Shown here piece by piece: positions 1 through 13,501 of a stretch of DNA of 64,000 nucleotides; position 1 is the stretch's first letter, and every line of letters starts with the position of its first letter. A model generated the notes under the pieces. That model saw only the letters and a program-made list of their open reading frames with translations. It made no database searches and was not told the DNA's origin. This DNA is from Octopus sinensis (Eukaryota): assembly GCF_006345805.1 (NCBI RefSeq), contig NC_043014.1, forward strand, positions 54,932,001 to 54,996,000. Reading direction: 5' to 3'. A program made the translations under genes and the position numbers.

Positions 1-330
1 GTGCAATGTACGAAAGGTGCTATCAGGCGAGTCCATTGCGAAGGTCATGCCATCAGGTTCCTTTGCTCTCAAAGGACAGTTTTTGTAACCCCGGCGAAAG
101 AGGTTGTGTGGTGGACGAGACTTCAAGGGCCAGAAGCAAGCGCCTGTCAAGCTCTCAACATTAATGAGGCTGAAGAGGAAAGATCTCTCTCTCTCTCCTA
201 GCAAATTTGTGGAAAGGTAGATGAGAGCATGGTTCGAGTGAATGGACATGCGCCTGCGGTTGGAAGAAGGAATGTCGGAAGAGGGTACATGCTGTAGGGG
301 TCGAGACGTGCGTAGTTTAGTGGGGTTACC
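1..330 (+). mobile_element. Tx1/L1-clade LINE ORF2 C-terminal remnant (upstream copy of a local duplication)
   Basis: Broken frames read AKEVVWWTRL and SKFVER, resembling recalled Tx1-like ORF2 C-termini; near-identical to 1114 onward. Confidence 0.6.
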
Positions 331-477
331 ACGAGTATGGAATCCCTTTTATTTCTCGTTTCCACGTATTTCTATGTAACTTCACACTGAATGTTTTCGA
401 GGTCACTCTTCATGGAATCCGCACAATATTAAACAGATATATATCTAAATACACACACACCACCACCACCACCGTCT

Positions 478-933
<456 letters not shown>

Positions 934-934
934 A

Positions 935-1440
935 AGCATGGATAGTCCTAGTCAGTAGGTTATGAAGGTGACTCAAGAGTTGACAGTTTCGTGCATCTGT
1001 TTATCGAACCGACTTCAAACCGATCGTTACCTCTTTGTTCTGTGTATAAATCCTTGGCCTAGCAGTGCTACCGAGGGGCAGATACGTAAGGGCCGTCAGC
1101 TGACGCCTGGCTTGTGCAATGTACGAAAGGTGCTATCAGGCGAGTCCATTGCGAAGGTCATGCCATCAGGTTCCTTTGCTCTCAAAGGACAGTTTTTGTA
1201 ACCCCGGCGAAAGAGGTTGTGTGGTGGACGAGACTTCAAGGGCCAGAAGCAAGCGCCTGTCAAGCTCTCAACATTAATGAGGCTGAAGAGGAAAGATCTC
1301 TCTCTCTCTCCTAGCAAATTTGTGGAAAGGTAGATGAGAGCATGGTTCGAGTGAATGGACATGCGCCTGCGGTTGGAAGAAGGAATGTCGGAAGAGGGTA
1401 CATGCTGTAGGGGTCGAGACGTGCGTAGTTTAGTGGGGTT
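935..1440 (+). mobile_element. Tx1/L1-clade LINE ORF2 C-terminal remnant
   Basis: Frameshifted reads KSLA*QCYRG, LSGESIAKVMP, PAKEVVWWTRLQG, LKRK, SKFVER. Confidence 0.6.
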
Positions 1441-2274
1441 ACCACGAGTATGGAATCCCTTTTATTTCTCGTTTCCACGTATTTCTATGTAACTTCACAC
1501 TGAATGTTTTCGAGGTCACTCTTCATGGAATCCGCACAATATTAAACAGATATATATCTAAATACACACACACCACCACCACCATCATCATCATTCAACG
1601 TCCACTTTTCCATGTAGAGGTAAATTTTTCCACGGCCGGACACCCCTTCTTATTGCCAACCTTCACTTGTTTCTAAGCAAAGTAATGTGTCACCGTAGAA
1701 GACAGGAAACGAACAACACCGCATGTACAACAGTGATGCTCATTTACAATCATCATATGATGCAAGGGTTTACATTAACGTACACACACATACCAGTTAC
1801 GTATACGACGGACTTCATTCAGTTCCTGTCTCTCAAATCCATTCACAGGGCCTCAGGATATAATAGAAGACACCCGCACAAGGTGCCGTGCAGTAGGACT
1901 GCACCGAAGACCCTATGGTTGGGAATCAAGATTCTTGACCACACAGCCTTGCCTACACACACACATACACAAATATGTATGTATATCCAGAGTGTTCGAG
2001 CTAAATTTAACGATTTCAATGTGTCCTGTTTGGTAAACACTCAACGGCGTTGGAGAGCATGAAGATAGAAGTCGAGGTTGAGAAGTTAGCTGACATCGAG
2101 GAGTGGCAGCCGTCTGAATATTGGCTTCAAATTTTGGCACAAGGCCAACGATTTCGAGGGGAACGGAATAAGTCAATTACCTCGACCCCCAGTGTTTCAC
2201 TGGTACTTAATCTATCGACCTCGAAAGGCAAAGTCGACCTAGGCGCTACCGATTCTGCCAGCTCGCCGCCCTAA

Positions 2275-2815
2275 GCCGTCTGGATATTGTCAAAGAGTTG
2301 TATCATCACGATTCGCGCCGAGGATCAAAATGCTGACATCACGACGGCTGCTCAGTGTTCGGTAAAGACTAAAGGCTGCAAGACGTGAGTGATGGAGACT
2401 ACGAAGCCGTGACCAGCAGGCGTCGGTATTTAGCCACATATCTTTGAACAGGGCCGTGGACTCAATTGAGACGGCTGAGTGGAGCTGCTGAAGGCCACGG
2501 CCAAAAGCTGACCTCGGTGGTTTGCTGCTGGAGGGCCACATGTGTTGCTGCAGGATTCAAATGCTTTACCATACAACCGCAAAGAGTCGGTTGTATTTCT
2601 ACGTCTTCACCAGCCCCAATTTCTGGCTCTTTAATCCGCCCAATTGTAATCCATTGGATTACTATCAGTGGTTGTTAATAACATTAACCGCTCTGTCTGC
2701 AACAGCGAGGCCGAGCGAGTGGCCAACACCAAAGAAAACTTTCCTAGGGGGCACAGTGAGGAGCACATGCGTCACCTTCTTGAAGCTGTTTTCATTGTTG
2801 GATGTGATATTGTGG
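2275..2815 (+). mobile_element. Degenerate Tc1/mariner (DD37D-like) transposase fragment
   Basis: Broken frames HIFEQGRGLN, FTSPNFWLFNPPNCNPLDYY, LEAVF resemble the mariner WPPNSPDxNPLDY region. Confidence 0.75.
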
Positions 2816-2907
2816 TTTCTTTCCTTTTGTGCAAACTATCAAATTTAGCCCGAACACCCTATACACACACACACACACACACTCAAGCATGACCAAGTGG
2901 GTATGCA

Positions 2908-3294
2908 TACTCTTTTACTTGTTTCAGTCATTTGACTGCGGCCATGCTGGAGCACCGCCTTTAATCGAGCAACTCGACCCCGGCATTTATTCTTTTGTAA
3001 GCCCAGTACTTATTCTATCGGTCTCTTTTGCCGAACCGCTAAGTAACGGGGACATAAACACACCAGCATCGGTTGTCAAGCAATGGCTAGGGGGACAAAC
3101 ACAGACACGCATATATATATATACATATATACGACGGGCTTCTTTCAGTTTCCGTCTACCAAATCCACTCACAAGGCTTTGGTCGGCCCGAGGCTATAGT
3201 AGAAGACACTTGCCCAAGGTGCCATCATGCAGTGGGACTGAACCCGGAACCATGTGGTTCGTAGACAAGCTACTTACCACACAGCCACTCCTGT
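2908..3294 (-). mobile_element. tRNA-head SINE family A (dominant family, more than 15 copies in the window)
   Basis: A-box TGGCTGTGTGG and B-box GGTTCAGTCCC head, central (CA/TA)n, TAAAAGAG tail. Confidence 0.9.
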
Positions 3295-3400
3295 GGCACA
3301 CACACAAAAATAGCTGAATCAAATGAATGGTTTAGCATTAGTCTATGCCTTTAAAGATTAAAAGCAGGAAAATTCATTGTTAAACCATCATATATACATG

Positions 3401-3437
<37 letters not shown>

Positions 3438-4319
3438 AAAAATTAGTGTACATTTATACGCAAAGACGCAAGCCATTAACTGGTTGCCTAACATACTAGA
3501 AAGAACAGTCAAAGAGTCCAAACCACAGATAAGAGCAATTTCGAAGGGAATGAAAAATAAAAAACATTTACCATGTTTTGACTGTTCTTTCTAGTAAGTT
3601 AGGCGACCTGTTAATGGCTTGCTTCTTTGTGTATAAATGTACTCTAATTTTTATATGAAAAAGAAAATATGTCAATTAACTTTCTATAACATACTTGGCC
3701 TCTAGTAGAAAAAAATTTCTACCCTATATAAATTTAACATATCTCTCTCTCTCTCTCTTTCTCTCTCTATATATATGTGTGTGTGTATATGTATCTCCCT
3801 CCCTCCCTGTATATATATATATATATATATATATCGCCTATCTGGATGTTTTGCGTTCTTGTCCCATTTTGTATTTTATATGTGTGTGTGTGTGTGCATG
3901 TATGTCAATTGAAATTTTGGAAGACTAGGTCTCGGTGTTTTGTGTCAGAAAACAAAAGAAAATGTAGGGCAGATAGAAAGAGCAGACGAACTAAAAGCGG
4001 GCGAATGAATTGTGTGCAGTGAACCAGTTGTTTTTTCTTTAAATCGGCAAAAAAGTTTAGAGTAGGCGCGCGAACGACCACGTTCGCGTTGAAACACGGA
4101 AGGATGTATCGAGGGAGGGGGAATAGGAGAAAGAGGAGGAGGAGGAGGAGGGAAAGATCAACCTTGACGAATGTTCTCGTGTTGAGTGGCAGAAAACATT
4201 GTCACCACGTGGGGCGGCTGCTGCCTAAAAGTATCTGCGACTTTGTTACATTCGCGTCCCGGTTTCAATTCTCATGCGAGACCAACTGTAATTTTTTAAA
4301 TATTTATTATAATAAATTA

Positions 4320-4535
4320 TGTTATATGTATGTATATATTATATATTATATATAATATATATATATTATATATATATTATATATTATATATATATATATA
4401 TATATAATATAATATATATATATAATATATATATGATATATATATATATTATATATATATATATATATAGATATATATATAGATATATATATAATATATA
4501 GATATATATATATATATTATATATATATATATATA

Positions 4536-4583
<48 letters not shown>

Positions 4584-4584
4584 G

Positions 4585-4615
<31 letters not shown>

Positions 4616-4752
4616 ATAATATATATATATATATATATAGATATATATATATATATATAGTATATATATATATATGTATATATATATAATATATATATAT
4701 ATAATATATATATATATATATAATATATAATATATATATATATATATATATG

Positions 4753-4807
<55 letters not shown>

Positions 4808-4982
4808 TATATATATATTATATATATAATATATATATATGATTATATATATATATATATATGATAATATATATATATATATATACACATATATATATAT
4901 ATATAATATATATATATACACATATATATATATATATATATACACATATATATATATATATACACACACATATATATATATA

Positions 4983-5025
<43 letters not shown>

Positions 5026-5210
5026 ATATATATACACACACATATATATATATATATATACATATATATATGTATATATAATATATATATATATATACAC
5101 ACACATATATATATTATATATATATATACATATATATATGTATATATATATATATATAGATATATATATATTATATATAATATATAATATATATATATAT
5201 ATCATATATA

Positions 5211-5298
<88 letters not shown>

Positions 5299-5319
5299 AT
5301 ATATAATATATATATATTA
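4320..5319. repeat. ~1 kb degenerate (TA)n microsatellite
   Basis: Seen directly; source of the poly-YI ORFs. Confidence 0.98.
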
Positions 5320-5321
5320 CA

Positions 5322-5676
5322 AGGCGGCGAGCTGGCAGAAACGTTACGTTTTGAGTTCAAATTCCGCCGAGGTCGACTTTGCCTTTCATCTTTCGGGGTC
5401 GATAAATTAAGTACCAGTTTCGCACTGGGGTCGATACAATCGACTTAATCCGTTTGTCCCCTCTGTCTTTAGCCCCTTGTGGGCAATAAAGAAAGAGGTA
5501 TTTCGTCTGTCTTTACGTTCCGAGTTCAAATTCCGCCGAGGTCGACTTTGCCTTTCATCCTTTCGGGGTCGATAAATTAAGTACCAGTTTCGCACTGGGT
5601 CGATACAATCGACTTAATCCGTTTGTCTGTCTTTGTTTGTCCCTTCTATGTTTAGCCCCTTGTGGGCAATAAAGAA

Positions 5677-5677
<1 letters not shown>
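5322..5677 (+). mobile_element. SINE family B, tandem dimer
   Basis: gagttcaaattccgccgaggtcgactttgcctttcatc block occurs twice; related copies near 2150, 8500, 12400, 18850, 34800. Confidence 0.8.
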
Positions 5678-5709
<32 letters not shown>

Positions 5710-5711
<2 letters not shown>

Positions 5712-5868
5712 ATACAAAATGAGAAAATGGAGAAATATATAAATTCATCAACTATCAGATAATACCGAATCATATACTTTATTAACTTTTATAAAGTATA
5801 TGATTCGGTATTATCTGATAGTTGATGAATGATTTAGATATATTTCTCCATTTTCTTATTTTGTATTA
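5710..5868. repeat. ~160-bp near-perfect palindrome (MITE-like)
   Basis: Arms tcatcaactatcagataataccgaatcatatacttt / aaagtatatgattcggtattatctgatagttgatga with further flanking complementarity. Confidence 0.8.
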
Positions 5869-6446
5869 TTAATTTATGGTAAAAATAATTTTACCTTTGC
5901 CCACCTAATACAGTAAATGAATTAATTGCATCGCAATTCTTAACATTTATGTATTAACTTTGTTGGGTACTTCTCTAGCAGTATATTGGACATATGTTAT
6001 CCCATGGAGGGTTGAATTTACAACCCCTATCTCATTTTATATATATATTATAATAAATTATATATTAATATATAGATTATATATTTTATAAACAAATTTA
6101 ATAGGCGAAATTACGATTTGGTGATTTTGCCCCTGATTTTGTTTCCTCATAACTTTTTGGAAAATACAGGTTTTTTTTAATGAAAATTTGTAGAAGTGCA
6201 ATTTTGAGGATATAAATTATGATTCTATTGCTAACATTAATTTTTTTTGGCTCGTTTTCCCCATGATTCTCCCCACCGCCTCTCATACACACGTCATCCT
6301 TTTTCGACATTATTTTCTTAACTGTCTAAAAGGCAAGTTTTTAAACTACATTTTACAGAAACACGCTTTCTAGTGTGTGTACATTACGTATTGTTGGCGT
6401 TTCAAATGTAAATCTAGGGGTGGGGGAAGAAATTGAAAAACATGTA

Positions 6447-7495
6447 TGTGTGACTTTGTGATTGGGTTTCTCCCCTCCACACCGCCGCCGCTGCTTGACA
6501 ACTGGTGTTGGTTTGTATACGTCCCTGTAACTTAGAGGTTCAACAAAAGAAACGCAGAGAATAAGAACCAAGCTGCAGGCGTTGGCATTGGTATCGATTT
6601 CTTGGATTAAAACATTTCAAGGCGATACCCCCAGCATGGCCGCAGTCGAATGACTGAAATAAAAGCTAAAAGATAATATGGCGAAGAAATTGAAGCAAAG
6701 TGTATCAATTAAAAGCGAAATTGAAAAAGTCTCAATTTACGAGAAAAAGGGGTAACAATATCAGGGATAGGGTGAAAATAATCTCCAACTCTTCTTCAAA
6801 ATGGGGAAATTTAAAAATAAAAATTTTAATCGACTTAATCGTAACTATAACGCTTTTCTGCAAAATTTTACTGAAATATGTGTTTTGGGGGGAAAGTTAT
6901 TAGGCAACAAAATTCAGGAGAGGCGAGGGACACCAAACTGGTTATCAAATAATGTCCAAACTGCATCGATTGAAAGTGAGAGGTAGAGAAATAATCGTTA
7001 ATAATCGGCAAAATCTTCAGCGATCAATAATAAAGGCAATAATCGTAAAAAACGCTCGAGTTATATTTGAACGTCTTCCATTTTTTTCTGCCGCAGACGA
7101 TAGGAAAGGAAAGACCCCGAAACCAACCGGAGCACTCTTCCTCTCTTCTGTACACTCGTAGTTGTTTTACAGACAACACATAATTAATTACACGTACAAA
7201 GAAGAGTAATTAGTATTTGTCTTTCGCTTTTAATTGATACACTTTGCTTCAATTTCTTCGCCATATTATCTTTTAGCTTTTATTTCAGTCATTCGACTGC
7301 GGCCATGCTGGGGTATCGCCTTGAAATGTTTTAATCCAAGAAATCGATACCAATGCCTACGTCTGCAGCTTGGTTCTTATTCTCTGAGTCTCTTTTGTTG
7401 AACCTCTAAGTTACAGGGACGTATACAAACCAACACCAGTTGTCAAGCAGCGGCGGTGGTGTGGAGGGGGACAAACCCAATCACAAAGTCACACA
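6447..7495. repeat. 274-bp inverted duplication (6447-6720 vs 7222-7495) of an old SINE plus unique flank
   Basis: About 97% reverse-complement identity by eye; left arm bracketed by a 12-bp direct repeat gaaattgaaaaa. Confidence 0.9.
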
Positions 7496-7996
7496 CACAC
7501 ACACAAACCACATGGTTCCGTGCTCAGTCCTACAGCATGGCACCTTGGGTAAGTGCCATGCTGTAGGACTGAACACGGAACCATGTGGTTGAGAATTTGT
7601 TTCTTTACTACCCACAAGGGGCTAAACAAGGACAGACTCCAGTGCGTAACTGGTACTTAATTTATCGACCTCGGCGGAATTTGAATTCAGAACGTAACGG
7701 CAGACGAAATACGGCTGCGCATTTCGCCCGGCCACGCAGTAGGACTGAACCCGGAGCCATGTGGTTGAGAAGCAAGCTTCTTACCACATAGCCACACCTG
7801 CGCCTAGAAGGTTTATTACATGCACACACATACAAATGGGTTGGTTACGGTTGGAGCGCCTCCTATCGTAAAACTATTCCATCGGGATTGACACAGAGGT
7901 TAAACAATAACAATGAGAGAGAAAGGGGGGGGAGAGAAAAAGTGAGGGAGAAGGGGAGAGAAAGAGAGAGAGAGAGAAGGGGAGAGATAGGGAGAG

Positions 7997-8038
<42 letters not shown>

Positions 8039-9198
8039 ATGCCGTTTAAAGTTCAAAATTTTCTTGTCTTCGCCTGCAACAGCAACAACAACAATACGCA
8101 CCCATCCTACGAAGGTATAAAAAACAGAAATCGGAAAAAGAAAATAAAAAAAGGAAAAAGAAATGAATAAACAAAAAGAATTTCGAAGCAAAAATATCCT
8201 AAAATTCCAAGAATTTGAAAAGAAAAGCCAGTTCACGGCCAGCTTGAACTGCGCTGACGAATACTCAGCCACGCCTAGTATTTTTTTTTGTTTTGTTTTT
8301 TGTTTCTCTGGTCTTCTCTCTGTTTCTTTATTTTTGTTTTTTTTTCTTTGGTGGTGATGGCGGGGGGAATCACGTGATGGTTTTAGAGGTGGATCCCCGT
8401 CGTTCGAAAATGAGGTGTTCAGCCGTCCATCAACTGAATTATTTGTTCTTTGTACGATGCTAATATTAAGGGCAAGAAAGGCGCCGAGCTAACGGAATCC
8501 CTAGCATAACCGGGCCCACGTGTTTCGTCCATCCGCCGAGGTTGACTTTGCTCTTCGTCCTCTCGAGGTTGATGAATTAAATAAGTAGCATATAAGCCCT
8601 GGGGTCGATGATGTAATCATTTTACCCCCTGCTTCCAAATTGCTGGCCTTGTGCTAAAACTTGAAATTAATATTAATGAGAATAGTATTGCAACCAAAGG
8701 AGGACTTTGACTCTACGCCTATGCAAGACACTGTTTGACGGGTTTCATATTTCGCTTCTCAGCTGAAAAGATTCGTGATGAAATAATAGACATCCAGACA
8801 CAGGATTTGTTTGTGTTTATAAAGTACCAATGGAGCATCCCGTCGTTGCCGGGTAATTTTCAAAATAGAACTCCTTGGTGAGCTTTCAGAATAGCACACC
8901 CACATAAGTTGGATTTTCTCCGTTTTGACGAAGATGTTTCCTATTTTTACCACACCCATACAAATGATGTCGAGAAGCTTTTTACAGAAATTTTTTGAAA
9001 ATGTATGAATCCCACCCCACATCCAGACCAATTTTGGCCGATTTTTTTCAAGCAAAGAAGCTAGCTGTAAAATCTTAATAAGAGACAAGAGTAGTAACTA
9101 TACTAACAAGTAAGGTTAATCGCCACATCAACTGGTTGAAGGTTACTACCAGTTTAACCCCAGCCAGCTGGTTATCGGTGCAACACTGCACCCCGTAT

Positions 9199-9244
<46 letters not shown>

Positions 9245-9307
9245 CGGAGATGTACTTGCATAGCAAGTGACCTGATCTGAGATCGTGTGCTGGTACGAAA
9301 ACAATTG

Positions 9308-9436
9308 CAGCGTGGAAGGTGTTTATACGCCATTTAAAAAACACAAAAACCGTTAGGTTCACTTCAACATTTAAATTTAATTTGCCCTAACGGTTTTTTG
9401 TGTTTCTTAAGTGGCTTATAAACACTTTCCACGCTG
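9308..9436. repeat. Hairpin/MITE-like element with ~50-bp inverted arms
   Basis: cagcgtggaaggtgtttata...ccgttagg vs cctaacgg...tataaacactttccacgctg. Confidence 0.7.
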
Positions 9437-9771
9437 TATATATATATATATATATTAAATATATATAGCCAGCAAGGGAGCGAACACCTATCACCCTCCA
9501 GCAGACGACAGGATCATGAGATCGATTCGGTCCTCAGTCGCTCCAACAATTGGAGATGCCTTCTATATGGCTTTAAAGCAAGCTAACTCTCATTCGATTG
9601 CTACTCAATGCTTTGAAACAAAAAGCATTACTACAAGTGATATTATCTCAGGACAAATACCGTGGTAAATTTCCATTTTCGCAATGTATTTACATTAACA
9701 ATGATACGTAGATGGCTATCTTCATCTAATACTACTTGTTGCTTATAACATATATATATATATATATGTGG

Positions 9772-9960
9772 ATCGTTAGCCCCTACACGCAATTTTTTTC
9801 TCTCCTTGTTTCTTTTCTGTGTATCTTTCTGTCGAAGAGCGTAGGCTCGAAACGTAAAAGACTTGTTTTATTTCTATTCCTGAGCGCCATACTAATACAT
9901 TTGTTTGTTTGTACTCCACCTGCCTTCGTCTTTTGTTTATTTTCGTAAACCTTCCCGTTA
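9772..9960 (+). mobile_element. Penelope-like element terminal-repeat fragment with a minimal hammerhead-like motif
   Basis: ctgtcgaagagcgtaggctcgaaacgt motif; homologous inverted copy at 60665-60855. Confidence 0.6.
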
Positions 9961-12900
9961 TATATATGTGTGTGTGTGTACGCAAAATCATATTACTAAT
10001 GGTTAATATATTTATTACTTCTGTCAATTATCCATGCGTTAATAAGAATTTTACCAGTAACAGAATCGCAATGAACAGAACAACGATGAAGCCTTATTAG
10101 CCATTCATAGGCCAGCACATGTATAACTGTTGTAGATATCGTCTGTTGCCAGTCAGTTTAGTTATCCAGCTGACAATGCCCCTGCTACGACATTACACAA
10201 TAACAACAGACGTAAATAATTAGCTACAAACTACAAGTTGTTGAGCAAGATTTACAACATGGCTACTGGTCCAGTCGCCATGTTGCTTGGCATGTTCAGC
10301 AATAGTTTTGAGCCGCCCCAACCTAAAACGTGATTCTTGAATGAAGGAAACATCATTGTTATAGAATGCAGTAAGGTTAAATTTTTCCCAACCACTTCAA
10401 GCATTTCATTAAACGACATCATATATGGTACATTATATAGTGTTAGTGGTAGGTATTGGTTTTCGTTTTTTTCAGTCATAAGAACAACAATGCATCGTAT
10501 TGTATATAGACACGAACACATTATATGTTTTAATAATAAACACGTTCTCAGCGATGTGTTTATGATTACATATAATAAACACATTCATTGTTGTTGAGAA
10601 TTTAGGGCAATATTACGACGCATTGGTCTTGTAGTTATGAATGAAAACAAATCTAATGCCCCCAACTACGCCATTAACATGTCCTCCTTTCATGTTTTTA
10701 GACGTTATAGTGTAGCTTAAGAAAGATTTGGCTGTTATTTCTAGTAGGTCAATAGACCACGTAAAGGTTTTGTCTTCGCCGTCTTTGCCAGTTTTCATAA
10801 CGAGATGGTGGCAGTGAATCGCTTCAGTTAAAATTATGTAACTTTAAATGGTTATAATTTCTTTAATTTTTAGAAGAAAGGAATATGACTTTTACCATCA
10901 GCATGCAAAACAACATTAGAAGTGCATTTTTGAAAATATTTGGTGAAAATATGAAAAGCTTTAATAATAAAGAATTAAAATTCCCACAATTGAAAATAGG
11001 ATTGAAAATTATTGCCGCACAATCGATCGGTGTTAGAAAGACGATTTATAATATGTTGTTTCAATTGCGTTCACCGAGTTTTTCCACAGTTTGACAAGCT
11101 TCTGCAATATCAGTGACTATTTTATGCGCTGTTTCGTACGTATCGAAGACGAATTTCATTTAAGCAGACGACAATTAGGCATACGACATTCACAAGCTTC
11201 AACAAAGGCGAAAGGCGTCTGTTGTTAGGTATGACTTTGGTCATGAAGTTTGCGACCCAACTACAGTTTTCAATTCCATTGTGTAGCATTTTGTGAGTGG
11301 ATTTTGTTGACAAACTGAAAGAAGTCCGTCATATATATATATATATATATATATCATTTAATGTACACAGTATAACGGTCGGCTCTGAAGATTGCTCGGA
11401 GACACGAGGCTTGTCTTAAACACCTGCCTAACACACATGTTAAGAAACTATTTGTAGCTCCTATCTTACATATATATATTCTTTTATTTGTTTCAGTCAT
11501 TTAACTGCGGCCATGCTGGAGCAAATCGACCCAGGACTTATTCTTTATAAGCCAAGTACTTATCCTATCGGTCTTTTGCCGAACCCCTAAGTTACGGGGA
11601 CGTAAACATACCAACGTCGGTTGTCCAGCGCTGGTGGGGTGGGGGGACATAGCGGTTGTAGAGTTCTTCGAGTAAAAATCCTTTAAGGCGGTGCCCCAGC
11701 ATGGTCTCCGTCAAATGACCGAAACAAGTAAAAGAATGAAAGAATGTGATCACGTGAAAAACGCGACCGAACTTTCTTTCCAACTTAATAAATGACTTGT
11801 CCATTTCCAGTATTCGAACATTCTGCAAAGGGGTTTGAGCAAACATTGCATTGCTTGGAAACAAATAAGGGCTGGCGTCCGGAAGGGAGTTCATCCGTAG
11901 AAAATCTGTCTCAACAAACTCCGTCTGAGCCATGCAATAATGGGGGAAATTGGACGTTAAATCGATGGTTTTCTGTGTGAGTATACTTAACGGCGGACAT
12001 CTTCGGAGTTTCTGTAAACCAAATTCCTCTCACACACAACCCAATATTACTGTGGTAAAAAGGCCCAAGGAACCATATAGTGTGTTCAAAACCGAAACTG
12101 CTTTTTGGGAAACGAATTTCTTAACCCTCCGATAAAAAAAAAAAAAAACAATATTATTCTCGTTATCGTATCTTGTGTTTGAGTGTTAGGCTTTAAACAA
12201 CCTTAACTACAGAACGAACTCAAGGACAAGCAAAATCCTTAAAGTAAGGAAACAATGCCGTATATAAATATCCATGTATGAATCAAGAATAAAAGTAAAG
12301 ACTATTCTAGAACGTGGAAACTCCGTGGATCCGGTTTGTGATAATGGTTTCAAATTTTGACACAAGGCTAACAATTTCGGTGTCGAGGTAAGTCGACCCC
12401 AGTACTCAACTGGTTCTTATTTTATCGACCTTCGAATGGATGAAAGGCAAAGTCGATCTCGGCAGAAATTGAACCCCGAACTTAAAGACGGACGAAATGC
12501 CGCTAAGCACTGTGTCTGGTGTGCAAACGAGTCTGCCAGTTCGCCGTCCTGTTTCTAACAATAATTTCTCTTCGTAAAGTCTTTTAACGTCTCTCACTAG
12601 CTTATCTTGCTCATTTTATTTTATTTTCATTTACGGTGATTAGCATATTGACCCCCTAAAGAGATAGTAGGTTCGGTTCGTTTACGTTACATTTTTTTTT
12701 CTAGCTTTGACACTTGGTTGTTAGCTAAATACCAGGTTCACACCGGGGACGAAGGGAAGGGACACAAACAGACTGATTGGCTTGGTTTAAGTTAAAATAA
12801 ATAATTTCCAACAAACAGGAAGAGATATTTATCTAAAACAAGCAAGTAAATAAATAAATAACTACGAAAATAAAACGAAAAGTATATAAAACAAAACAAA

Positions 12901-13501
12901 TCAACACAGAGCCGCGCGTGGTTGACGGCGGGTGGCTGAGACCGGCAGACGAAAGCATGAAAACGTAAAGCTTGTTTGCTTGGAGTACGGCAGAGGAGAA
13001 AAGAAGCAATTAGCGTCGCCATTTTAACAAAGCCTTCCTTTACAAGGCTGGTAGGAAACAAATGTATATACATACAAATTGTTTTTATATCTACATACAT
13101 ACATATATATATGTATGTATATATATATATATATATATATATACATACATTTCCTTTGCCGGTCAACTTGTCAAACATGAAAGTTGTTTGTCGTTTTGCT
13201 TAATATTGTCACGTGACTTTAAAGTAAATTTTTAGCGGCCAAAATTATCAAGTCTATCAGTTCGGGCTTCTTTTACTCCCAGAATGAGTGTCTTCGTCGT
13301 CGTTCCTATTGTCTTCATTTTCGTTACATTGTGCCCCCCCCCAACTCCACCCTTTCGATTGTTACTACTCAGGGGACGAATCTCCTTTCAAAAAGAAAAA
13401 CAAAATCTGTAAAATGTTCTCGCATTCGTGTGTCCCACATTCGTGTGGTTTGTATATCTAAAAAAATATTTGCCATTAAAAAAACGTAGCACATCGAATT
13501 A

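Noticed and set aside
4319-5410. Poly-YI ORFs (also at 32605-33037, 38407-38762, 49498-49821)
   Set aside because: Stop-free frames of TA/CA microsatellites.
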